Part shown: one piece after another, positions 26,057-34,452 of the stretch
How positions within the stretch are numbered: the stretch's first letter is position 1
Layout: each line of letters opens with the position of its first letter
From: an uncultured Oscillospiraceae bacterium
Lineage (GTDB): Bacteria > Bacillota > Clostridia > Acetivibrionales > DTU013
DNA: 42,355 nt
Direction of reading: 5' to 3'
Assembly: GCA_964404395.1 (NCBI GenBank)
Contig: CAYOKA010000002.1
Location: 1,497 to 43,851 of the forward strand
Notes under the pieces: generated by a model
Database searches by the model: none
What the model was told of the DNA's origin: nothing
What the model saw: the letters and a program-made list of their open reading frames with translations, nothing else
Made by a program: the position numbers and the translations under genes

Positions 26057-26186
26057 GTGTTTTTTCTTACGTGTGTTTATCCTGCGCCATGTTATATTTT
26101 TTATCCTACACATTTTATGTATACTTCCAAAAATCCGTTGGTATTTGTTGGCAATATATCGAAGCACATGTGGAAAAATAAAATCC

Positions 26187-26214
26187 TTGAACTGGCTTTA
26201 ATGTGTGTTATAAT
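26187..26214 (+). promoter_or_regulatory. Promoter of the EF-G paralog gene
   Basis: TTGAAC (26187-26192), a 16 nt spacer, then TATAAT (26209-26214) with an extended TG. Confidence 0.65.
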
Positions 26215-26310
26215 ATACATTATGTCATAATGTGCATAATAGCCTCATGAATGATCTTCCTATTTTTAGGAATGATATTATAAGTCTGTAATGAATAAGG
26301 GGGAATTTAT

Positions 26311-28401
26311 ATGAAAGACTTTACTGTGGATAAGCTCCGAAACGTGTGCCTGTTGTCACACGGCGGGGCTGGAAAAACGACACTTGCGGAAGCGATGCTA
26401 TTCAACACCAAGGTATTGGACAGGTTAGGCAAAGTCAACGATGGCAATACGACTACAGATTACGACCCGGAAGAAATCAGAAGAAAGATTACAATCAATA
26501 CTGCAATCGCACCATGTACTTGGAATGATTACAAAATCAATGTAATCGATACCCCCGGCTACTTTGACTTTGTAGGCGAGGTCAAGCAGGGCATCAGGGT
26601 ATCGGATGGTGCAGTTATACTGCTTTCGGCTAAATCCGGAGTCGAGGTAGGAACAGAAAAATCGTGGGATTATGCGGAAGAACAAGGAATCCCAAAATTG
26701 TTCTTTATCGGCAAGATGGATGAGGAAAATGCGAATTTTGATGAATCCTTAAACCAGCTTATTAATACATTCGGAAAGAGTGTCATCCCCTTCCAATTTC
26801 CGATTATGGAGGGAGAAACGTTCGCCGGTTTTGTTGATATTTTGACTATGACTGCGAAAAAATTCGACAAGGATAAACTGATTGATACAGAAATCCCTGC
26901 CGGTTTAAATGATAGAATTTTAGGAATAAGGGATACGTTAAATGAGTCTATAGCTGAGACCAGCGAAGAGCTTATGGAAAAATTCTTCAGCGGTGAAGAA
27001 TTCAGCGCCGATGATATCAAAAGCGGACTTTCTGCAGGTATTGGCGACGGCTCCATCGCTCCTGTGTTCTGTGGCTCTGCTCTACTGAATCAAGGCATCG
27101 GTACATTAATGGATGCTATTGTGACCTACTTCCCTTCCCCGGCAAACAAACCGACCATCAAAGCTAAAAAACACGGCTCTGATACAGTTGTCGAGCTGAA
27201 GAACTCACCTGATGAAAGCATGTCTGCACTTGTATTCAAGACCATTGCAGACCCCTTCGTGGGTAAGATATCTATTTTCAGAGTCTACTCGGGTACAATG
27301 AGTTCCGACTCGGTAGCCTATAATACCACTTCAGAGAAAACAGAAAAGATAGCACAGGTATTTATGCTTCGCGGCAAAAAACAGATTCCTGTCGACAAGA
27401 TTATAGCCGGTGATATCGGAGCTGTGGCAAAGCTGCAGTACACCAATACTAACGACACCTTATGCAATCAAGCTAATCAGGTTGAACTGAAAAAAATAGA
27501 ATTCCCGGAACCTTCACTTGAACTGGCCATCGAGCCAAAGGCTAAAGGTGACGAGGAAAAAATCAACTCAGGCCTTACAAAATTACAAGATGAAGATCCT
27601 ACCTTTAGAGTTGCTCTCAATGCTGAAACGAAACAGACGATAATTTCAGGAGTTGGCGAGCAGCATCTTGATGTCATTGTTAGTAAGCTGAAAGCAAAAT
27701 ATGGCGTTTCTGTTAATCTTGTAGACCCCAAGGTTCCCTATAGAGAGACTATAAAAGACAAGGTCAAGGTTGAAGGCAAGCATAAGAAGCAGTCCGGCGG
27801 ACATGGCCAGTATGGTCATGTGTGGATCGAATTTGAGCATGGCGAGTCAGAGGATCTCGAATTCGATGAAAAAATATTCGGCGGCTCTGTACCAAAGCAG
27901 TATCATCCGGCTGTTGAAAAAGGGTTACGGGAGGCCATCTCTCGGGGCGTTCTTGCCGGCTATCCGGTCGTTAACCTGAAGGCAACACTGTTGGATGGCT
28001 CTTATCATGATGTAGACTCTTCGGAAATGGCCTTTAAAATTGCCGCACGTCTTGCATATAGGAATGGACTCCCCCAGGCAAACCCTGTATTGCTTGAGCC
28101 AATTAGCCATGTGGAAGTATACATTCCTGACAGCTATATGGGAGATATCATAGGCGACTTAAATAAAAGAAGAGGTAGAATTCTTGGCATGAACCCGCAT
28201 AAGAATGGACTTCAACAGGTTGTTGCGGATGTTCCTGCTGCGGAAATGTTTAAATATGCAAATGATCTTAGGTCAATGACACAGGGCAGAGGCTTCTTTA
28301 GCCAGTCCTTTGATAGATATGAGGAGGCTCCGGCTAATATAGCTCAGAAGGTAATTGAAGAAGCGAAGAGAGATATGACTGACTACGCTGCCGACGAATA
28401 G
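26311..28401 (+). CDS. Elongation factor G paralog (EF-G2-like translational GTPase)
   Basis: It is 696 aa with the full five-domain EF-G layout and DTPGYFDF. The G1 motif is SHGGAGKTT rather than the canonical AHIDAGKTT. The SD is AAGGGGGA. Confidence 0.85.
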   Translation: MKDFTVDKLRNVCLLSHGGAGKTTLAEAMLFNTKVLDRLGKVNDGNTTTDYDPEEIRRKITINTAIAPCTWNDYKINVIDTPGYFDFVGEVKQGIRVSDGAVILLSAKSGVEVGTEKSWDYAEEQGIPKLFFIGKMDEENANFDESLNQLINTFGKSVIPFQFPIMEGETFAGFVDILTMTAKKFDKDKLIDTEIPAGLNDRILGIRDTLNESIAETSEELMEKFFSGEEFSADDIKSGLSAGIGDGSIAPVFCGSALLNQGIGTLMDAIVTYFPSPANKPTIKAKKHGSDTVVELKNSPDESMSALVFKTIADPFVGKISIFRVYSGTMSSDSVAYNTTSEKTEKIAQVFMLRGKKQIPVDKIIAGDIGAVAKLQYTNTNDTLCNQANQVELKKIEFPEPSLELAIEPKAKGDEEKINSGLTKLQDEDPTFRVALNAETKQTIISGVGEQHLDVIVSKLKAKYGVSVNLVDPKVPYRETIKDKVKVEGKHKKQSGGHGQYGHVWIEFEHGESEDLEFDEKIFGGSVPKQYHPAVEKGLREAISRGVLAGYPVVNLKATLLDGSYHDVDSSEMAFKIAARLAYRNGLPQANPVLLEPISHVEVYIPDSYMGDIIGDLNKRRGRILGMNPHKNGLQQVVADVPAAEMFKYANDLRSMTQGRGFFSQSFDRYEEAPANIAQKVIEEAKRDMTDYAADE

Positions 28402-28412
28402 TAATATAGCGG

Positions 28413-28442
28413 GGAGCTGCCTTACAGGGCGGCTCCTTTTTT
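28413..28442 (+). terminator. Intrinsic terminator after the EF-G paralog
   Basis: GGAGCTGCCttacagGGCGGCTCC plus TTTTTT. Confidence 0.8.
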
Positions 28443-28589
28443 ATATTTATTTGCCGGACATATTCGGCTAGAATCGAGGATAGTAAAATCGACATGGACA
28501 TTTATCATAATGGAACTTTATCCTGACAAATCCGTCCGTATATGTAAAACCCGATAAAAATATAGATATGGGTACAGGAGGTAATAAAA

Positions 28590-29693
28590 ATGAATAAAAA
28601 AAATTATGCTATTATCTTGACGGTTCTACTAATCCTGGCTACCTTTGCCGGATGCGGCTCCAACAGCTACAAGACATCCGATAGCGCCCCAGCCGCAGCA
28701 CCAAGCGCTGCAAGCGAAGATGTTATGGTTGAGTCCTTCTCCGAGAATTACGGGTCAGCTGCAAAAGGTTCCAATTCAGGCTATGCGGAGGAATCTCAAA
28801 GCGCAGAATCGGATAAGGCTGATTCACTGGCCGGCATCGGCGGATCAACTGTTGACGTGTCTAATGTCATTCTGGCGGAAAGGAAAATCATTCGCAGTGC
28901 AAACCTGACTATTGAGGTGGAGGACTTTGATACAGCGTTCAACAACATAGAATCCATTATCCTCGGAATAGGCTTCATACAGGAAACCAATATCGATACC
29001 GATAAGGTTTATGTGGATGAGGAGCAAAGGCTGGTTAAAAGCGGCACACTCGTACTGAGAGTCGATAAGACCAGTTTCGATAGTGTTCTTGGAAAGCTAA
29101 AGGGCATCGGCGACGTATACAATTTCACTACAAATGGTCAGGATGTTACCGTTCAATATGTTGATGTGGAATCCCGGCTACGGTTGCTGAAGGTAGAGCA
29201 GGAGAAGCTTGAAGCTTATCTTGCAAAGCTGGATGATTTGGACGACATTTTTAGAATAGAGAGCAGGCTGACGGATATCAGGTATCAAATAGAGAGCCTT
29301 ACAGGCAATCTAAACAAGATGACCAGCCTTGTTGATCTTTCTACTATTACAATTCAAATGAATGAAAAATACCCCGGTTATGAGCCAAAAAAGGTGACTT
29401 ATGGGGATAGACTGCTTGACAGCCTGAAGGATAGCCTCCTGAAGGTCGTTGAATTTCTTGGCAACTTCCTCATATTTATAGTGGCAGCCCTACCGGTACT
29501 ACTTGTCTTAGGCATATTCATATTAATCGTGATCTTCATATATAAACGCATCCCCAAAAAGCGTAAAGAAACTGCTAATACAGCAAAGCCCGGCAATGGC
29601 CAAAACCCCAATGCCTACACGACGCAATATACGGACACTTATAAAACCGATAGCAATAAGCCGGGTAATAAAACAGATAATAAGCCTGAGTAA
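28590..29693 (+). CDS. Lipoprotein with a DUF4349-like domain and a C-terminal TM anchor
   Basis: It has a lipobox (LATFAGCGS), the segment ERKIIRSANLTIEVEDF, a coiled-coil region, a TM segment (FLIFIVAALPVLLVLGIFILIVIFIY), and a low-complexity tail. The family name is from memory. Confidence 0.7.
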   Translation: MNKKNYAIILTVLLILATFAGCGSNSYKTSDSAPAAAPSAASEDVMVESFSENYGSAAKGSNSGYAEESQSAESDKADSLAGIGGSTVDVSNVILAERKIIRSANLTIEVEDFDTAFNNIESIILGIGFIQETNIDTDKVYVDEEQRLVKSGTLVLRVDKTSFDSVLGKLKGIGDVYNFTTNGQDVTVQYVDVESRLRLLKVEQEKLEAYLAKLDDLDDIFRIESRLTDIRYQIESLTGNLNKMTSLVDLSTITIQMNEKYPGYEPKKVTYGDRLLDSLKDSLLKVVEFLGNFLIFIVAALPVLLVLGIFILIVIFIYKRIPKKRKETANTAKPGNGQNPNAYTTQYTDTYKTDSNKPGNKTDNKPE

Positions 29694-29745
29694 TTTGGGC
29701 GCAATGCTTAATCCATCAGATTGCGCTACGCAGCATGCTAACAAG

Positions 29746-29771
29746 CACCCGACGGTTTCGATCGTCGGGTG
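29746..29771 (+). terminator. Hairpin downstream of the DUF4349 gene (weak T-tract)
   Basis: CACCCGACGgtttcgatCGTCGGGTG followed by taattatta. Confidence 0.45.
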
Positions 29772-29810
29772 TAATTATTACTGCTACTTAGCTAGCATGT
29801 CCGAGCATTA

Positions 29811-29839
29811 TTGACAAAAAATTGTCAAAGATGTATACT
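29811..29839 (+). promoter_or_regulatory. rex promoter whose -35 element lies inside a perfect 18 bp palindrome (candidate Rex-type operator)
   Basis: TTGACA (29811-29816), a 17 nt spacer, then TATACT (29834-29839). The palindrome is TTGACAAAAAATTGTCAA (29811-29828). Confidence 0.7.
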
Positions 29840-29872
29840 CTCATTATCAAGTTGATGTTAAGGGGGCAACTC

Positions 29873-30511
29873 ATGGCTTCGAAGAAAAAAATTTCTATGG
29901 CTGTCATCAAACGGCTTCCCAGATATTATAGGTATTTGTCGGACTTGCTCTTAATGGATATCAACAGGATATCGTCAAAAGAGCTTAGCAATAGAATAGG
30001 CATTACCGCCTCCCAGATAAGGCAGGACTTGAACTGCTTCGGAGGGTTTGGGCAGCAGGGCTATGGCTATAATGTAGAGCTATTGTTCAATGAGATAGGT
30101 AACATTCTTGGAGTAAATAAAAAATTTCAGACAATCGTCATCGGAGCCGGCCATATGGGTCAGGCACTGGCGAATTACAGCAACTTTGAAAAGAGAGGCT
30201 TTCAAATTATCGGTATCTTTGATAATAATCCTAAATTAATCGGCAAAAAGATAAATCATATGCCGGTTCAACATATGGATAATTTAGACGACTTTGTCAA
30301 GGAATGTCATGTTGATATCGCAATGCTAACAGTACCCTTTGACTATGTAAGAGAAGTGGCAGAAAGAGTTGCCTTGCTTGGCATAAAAGGGCTCTGGAAT
30401 TTCTCACCTATGGACTTAAAGCTTCCCTATGATACAGTAATTGAAAATGTCCACCTCAGTGACAGTCTTATGGTACTTGGATATAGAATCAGAGAAAAAT
30501 TTCCCGAATAG
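29873..30511 (+). CDS. rex: Redox-sensing transcriptional repressor Rex
   Basis: It carries ISMAVIKRLPRYYRYL...SSKELS...ASQIRQDLNCFGGFGQQGYGY and a Rossmann motif (IGAGHMGQAL). The start is set at 29873 behind AAGGGGG. Confidence 0.9.
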   Translation: MASKKKISMAVIKRLPRYYRYLSDLLLMDINRISSKELSNRIGITASQIRQDLNCFGGFGQQGYGYNVELLFNEIGNILGVNKKFQTIVIGAGHMGQALANYSNFEKRGFQIIGIFDNNPKLIGKKINHMPVQHMDNLDDFVKECHVDIAMLTVPFDYVREVAERVALLGIKGLWNFSPMDLKLPYDTVIENVHLSDSLMVLGYRIREKFPE

Positions 30512-30541
30512 AAGGCACGTTCGTAAGAGCACCACTGTCCC

Positions 30542-31813
30542 CTATAATCTATTCAATGTAGTAAAAAACTCAGGATGCGCAATGTCAACAGCCTGGGTTT
30601 TTCTTATCATCGTCTCTCCCTGCGCCACAAGGCCTGCTACAGACAGTGCCATCGCCAGGGAATAATCATTCATGCTTTCTACAACGGTACCCCTAAGGCT
30701 TTCCCTTCCTTCTATAACAAGACCATCTTCTGTTTCCGACAGCTTGGCACCCATTTTGGACAATTCCAGCACTATTGATTTGATTTTTCCGGATTCCTTT
30801 ATTTTAATGCCTGACAATCCGCTTATTTCCGTCACACCCTCTGCAAAAGCAGCCGCTACAATCATAACGATAAGTTCATCTACAAGGCAGGACACAAGCT
30901 GCCCGTCTATATTTGTCCCTCTTAATGGCGATGAAACAACGTGTACATCTGCAACCGGTTCATTATTGAATGTCCGCTCGTTAACAAATTCTATCTTGGC
31001 TCCCATAGACCTATAGACATTAATGAACTGTGCTCTTGTTGGATTAACACCAACATCCCTTATTATGATGTCTGACTTTGGCACAAGAAGCCCTGCCGTT
31101 ATAAAGTAGGAAGCCATAGAGATATCGCCGGGTATAGAAACATGGCGGGCATAAAGGTTTTCAACCGGATTACTGATAACCTGAAGCTCGTCCGTCTTTA
31201 TGTTTGCGCCAAAATAATTAAGCATCTGTTCAGTGTGATCTCGCGATTTCACGGCCTCATTAATTATTGTTTCACCGTCGGCATATAAGCTCGCAAAAAG
31301 TAAGGGCGACTTTATATGGGTTTCCAGGGCTGACATGTCAAAGCTCGAGCCATTCAACCTGGAAGGCGAAATGGTCAAGGGGCATAAGTTTCCCTCATCT
31401 TTTGCCGAAATGCTTGCACCCATTTGCTGAAGGTAAGATACAACTTCTCCGACCGGCTTCTTTATAGCATCCTCACCCCTGGTTACATTGGAACTAAATT
31501 GTTGAGCACTAAGGACACCAAGCAGCAGCCTTATGGCAGTGCCTGATCGGCCTGCGTTCAAAACCGTAGTAGGCTTTCTCAAACCATATAGGCCTCTGCC
31601 ATGTACCCTGATTTTATTGCTCAGGATATCAATACCAACCTGCATTTTACGAAAGCACTCTATCGTATTAATGCAATCCTCACTCAGCAGAAAATTGTCT
31701 ATCTCGGTCGTGCCGCCCGCAAGGGCACCTGCCACAACCGCCCTATGAGATATTGACTTGTCACTGGGAACCGTTACTTCTCCTCTTAGTGCGCTTCTGC
31801 CCTCAATCAACAT
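30542..31813 (-). CDS. aroA: 3-phosphoshikimate 1-carboxyvinyltransferase (EPSP synthase)
   Basis: It is 423 aa and carries PSDKSISHRA...LNAGRSGTAIRLL... Confidence 0.9.
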   Translation of the reverse strand: MLIEGRSALRGEVTVPSDKSISHRAVVAGALAGGTTEIDNFLLSEDCINTIECFRKMQVGIDILSNKIRVHGRGLYGLRKPTTVLNAGRSGTAIRLLLGVLSAQQFSSNVTRGEDAIKKPVGEVVSYLQQMGASISAKDEGNLCPLTISPSRLNGSSFDMSALETHIKSPLLFASLYADGETIINEAVKSRDHTEQMLNYFGANIKTDELQVISNPVENLYARHVSIPGDISMASYFITAGLLVPKSDIIIRDVGVNPTRAQFINVYRSMGAKIEFVNERTFNNEPVADVHVVSSPLRGTNIDGQLVSCLVDELIVMIVAAAFAEGVTEISGLSGIKIKESGKIKSIVLELSKMGAKLSETEDGLVIEGRESLRGTVVESMNDYSLAMALSVAGLVAQGETMIRKTQAVDIAHPEFFTTLNRL

Positions 31814-31841
31814 GCATTTTCCCTCCTGAACCTGTATTAAA

Positions 31842-32936
31842 TCATTTGTATACTTTATATCCCCTAACCGTTAGCAAGTCAAAGGCAATATTTGTACTGT
31901 TGCTATCGGATAAGTCTATAATCAAACAGCCTTGCTCAAATTCTCTGCTATTTGAAACATTTATATTCTTAATATTTATACTATTGCTGCCCAATATCAT
32001 TGCTATCTCACCAATAACTCCTGGTTCATCCTGCACGTCCACTATAAGTCTGTAAAGCGGCTGAATCAAGCCCCGCATCCTGCTAGAAATAGAATCCCTG
32101 AACTGTCCTGCTACTTCAAAGTAATCGTGAACCTCACAAGAATTATCATTTTTAAGCCTTTGCTTAAAATCATTAAGTATTTTTTGAAACTGGTTCATCA
32201 GCCCAATAATGTGAGCTTTATTACTAAAAACAATGCCTTCCCACATTGACGGATCGGAGGAAGCAATTCTGGTAATGTCTCTGAATCCTCCCGCAGCAAG
32301 CATCTGCATTTTTCCGCTGTCCTTGTCCAGATCCCTGACCAGATTAACAAGGGCGGCAGCGATAACATGAGGAAGGTGACTGATGCCGCCTACAGCTAGA
32401 TCATGCTCCTGTGCAGACATTTCAATTGGAATCGCCCCCATTCCTTCTACTATAGTGATAAGCCTCTCCAGTGCTTCAGGAGTAGCCGTTTCACTAGGAG
32501 TCAATACATAATATGCATTCTCAAACAAGTGTGCATAGCTGTTTGCAAAGCCTGTTTTTTCCGCACCTGCCATGGGATGACCACCTATAAAGCATGGGGG
32601 CTTCAACATGCTATTAACAAGGCCTGTTATCTCTTCTTTTGTACTAGCCGTGTCTGTGATAATACATGTATCCTTTATATGCGGCGCCAGTTGGGTAATG
32701 ATCTTAAATGTATGCTTAACCGGAGTACATACAAATATTATATCGGATGAATAAACATCGGCATTAAGAGAAAGAAGGCCATTAGTGATAATCCCCTGCT
32801 CGAGGGCCGCTTCCAGTGCCTGCATATCGGTATCGACGGCAACAAGGTGGTGCAAGGCCAGCTTATCATGTAATGCCTTTGCAATTGAGCCGCCTATCAA
32901 GCCTAAACCGATAATTGATATTTTATACTGATTCAT
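31842..32936 (-). CDS. tyrA: Prephenate dehydrogenase with a C-terminal ACT-like domain
   Basis: It has the Rossmann motif IIGLGLIGGSIAKAL, then GGHPMAG and SHLPH. Confidence 0.85.
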   Translation of the reverse strand: MNQYKISIIGLGLIGGSIAKALHDKLALHHLVAVDTDMQALEAALEQGIITNGLLSLNADVYSSDIIFVCTPVKHTFKIITQLAPHIKDTCIITDTASTKEEITGLVNSMLKPPCFIGGHPMAGAEKTGFANSYAHLFENAYYVLTPSETATPEALERLITIVEGMGAIPIEMSAQEHDLAVGGISHLPHVIAAALVNLVRDLDKDSGKMQMLAAGGFRDITRIASSDPSMWEGIVFSNKAHIIGLMNQFQKILNDFKQRLKNDNSCEVHDYFEVAGQFRDSISSRMRGLIQPLYRLIVDVQDEPGVIGEIAMILGSNSINIKNINVSNSREFEQGCLIIDLSDSNSTNIAFDLLTVRGYKVYK

Positions 32937-33951
32937 ACTTGAACTCTCTTCCTACTATATCCGCAATCCTTTCAATGTCCTTACATAAGCTGTTAAAAGC
33001 ATCGGGCGAAAGCTGTTGGATCGCATCTGACAGCGCCGATTTCGGGCTTGGGTGAACCTCAATAATTAGCCCGTCAGCTCCTGCCGCAACAGCTGCCCTG
33101 GAAAGAGGCAGGATGTACTGTGTCTTGCCCGAGGCATGGCTTGGGTCTACAATTATGGGTAGGTGGCTGCTCTCCTTCACTACGGGTACGGCACTAATAT
33201 CAAGGGTGTTCCTTGTAGCCGTTTCAAAGGTTCTGATGCCGCGCTCGCAAAGAACAACGTTATAATTGCCCTCGCTCATAATATATTCTGCGGCATTAAG
33301 CCACTCATCTATTGTAGTAGCAGAACCCCTCTTAAAGAGCACCGGCTTTCCGGAGCGCCCAATTTCTCTGAGCAGATGAAAGTTCTGTGAGTTGCGTGCA
33401 CCTATTTGAAACATGTCTACATAGTCTGATGCGATTTCAACGGAACGTTCGCTTATTACTTCTGTTACAGTAAGAAGTCCGCTAGCCTGGCCTGCTTCTC
33501 GGAGCATTTTCAGGCCTTCCTCCTCCAGTCCCTGAAATGAGTAGGGAGAAGTCCTGGGCTTAAATGCACCGCCCCTTAAGAACTTAGCACCTGCCTTTTT
33601 AACAGCTTTTGCAGCAGCCATAATCTGCTCATGGCTTTCTATGGCGCAGGGGCCTGCCATCATAACCAGTTCTTTCCCGCCGATTTTAACACCCTTAACG
33701 TCGATAATGCTGGGCTCAGGCATAAAGGTCCTGCCTGCCAGCTTGTAGCCCTCCATAATCGGCACCAGCTTATCGACACCCTGCATTAGCTCAAGCGGTA
33801 TGTTACTAAGCAGTCTCTTGTCTCCAATTACCCCTAAAATTGTTCTTTCAGTTCCCTTTGAGATATGAACGCCAAGCCCCGCGTTCTTTAAGACCCCTGA
33901 TACTTCCCGAACATCGGAATCCTTAGCTCCCGGCTTCATTACAATAATCAT
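32923..33951 (-). CDS. aroF: 3-deoxy-7-phosphoheptulonate (DAHP) synthase, class I-beta with an N-terminal ferredoxin-like regulatory domain
   Basis: It carries GPCAIES...LRGGAFKPRTSPYSFQG...DPSH. It overlaps tyrA by 14 nt. Confidence 0.9.
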   Translation of the reverse strand: MIIVMKPGAKDSDVREVSGVLKNAGLGVHISKGTERTILGVIGDKRLLSNIPLELMQGVDKLVPIMEGYKLAGRTFMPEPSIIDVKGVKIGGKELVMMAGPCAIESHEQIMAAAKAVKKAGAKFLRGGAFKPRTSPYSFQGLEEEGLKMLREAGQASGLLTVTEVISERSVEIASDYVDMFQIGARNSQNFHLLREIGRSGKPVLFKRGSATTIDEWLNAAEYIMSEGNYNVVLCERGIRTFETATRNTLDISAVPVVKESSHLPIIVDPSHASGKTQYILPLSRAAVAAGADGLIIEVHPSPKSALSDAIQQLSPDAFNSLCKDIERIADIVGREFKYESV

Positions 33952-34066
33952 GTCATTCTTCCTTTCTACCGTTTTTCAATGTTCACACAATGCCATTTTT
34001 GCCATTCTACAATACTACAATCCAACCCTCGCCACTGTATAAATTGGCAATAGTTGTTTTGATATA

Positions 34067-34095
34067 AATCTACATTGATATATTGTGATTGTCAA
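34067..34095 (-). promoter_or_regulatory. Promoter of the aroF-tyrA-aroA operon
   Basis: TTGACA (34090-34095), a 17 nt spacer, then TAGATT (34067-34072). Confidence 0.6.
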
Positions 34096-34452
34096 GGAAA
34101 AGGGCTGGTAAATCAAATGAGCTGATTCAATTTTACATGTCAGCATGTTATAATAAATAGGACTATAAATAAACCATACTAGATAAAGGTAACAACTATC
34201 ATAGCATAAACATAGCTGTAAGAGCATCTTCGGGGCACCGTATCCAAGTGGACTGAATCACTGGATGAACTGATACGAAAAAACGAAAGCTATCTGCACA
34301 TCGATGCGGCTCACAGCGGCATAGGCAGTGACATGGGCTGGAGTACATCTTTGGCTGATAGCGATAGGGTAAATGCGCAAAATTATATTGGAATTTGATA
34401 TTGAGATCAAGTAATATCTCTTCCGAGCTTTGGGGGCATATGATAAAAAGCA

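Noticed and set aside
34073-34088. NrdR-box-like half-site (TATATTGTGA) in the aroF promoter spacer
   Set aside because: Only the right half matches, the left half fails at 5 of 8 positions, and there is no tandem partner.
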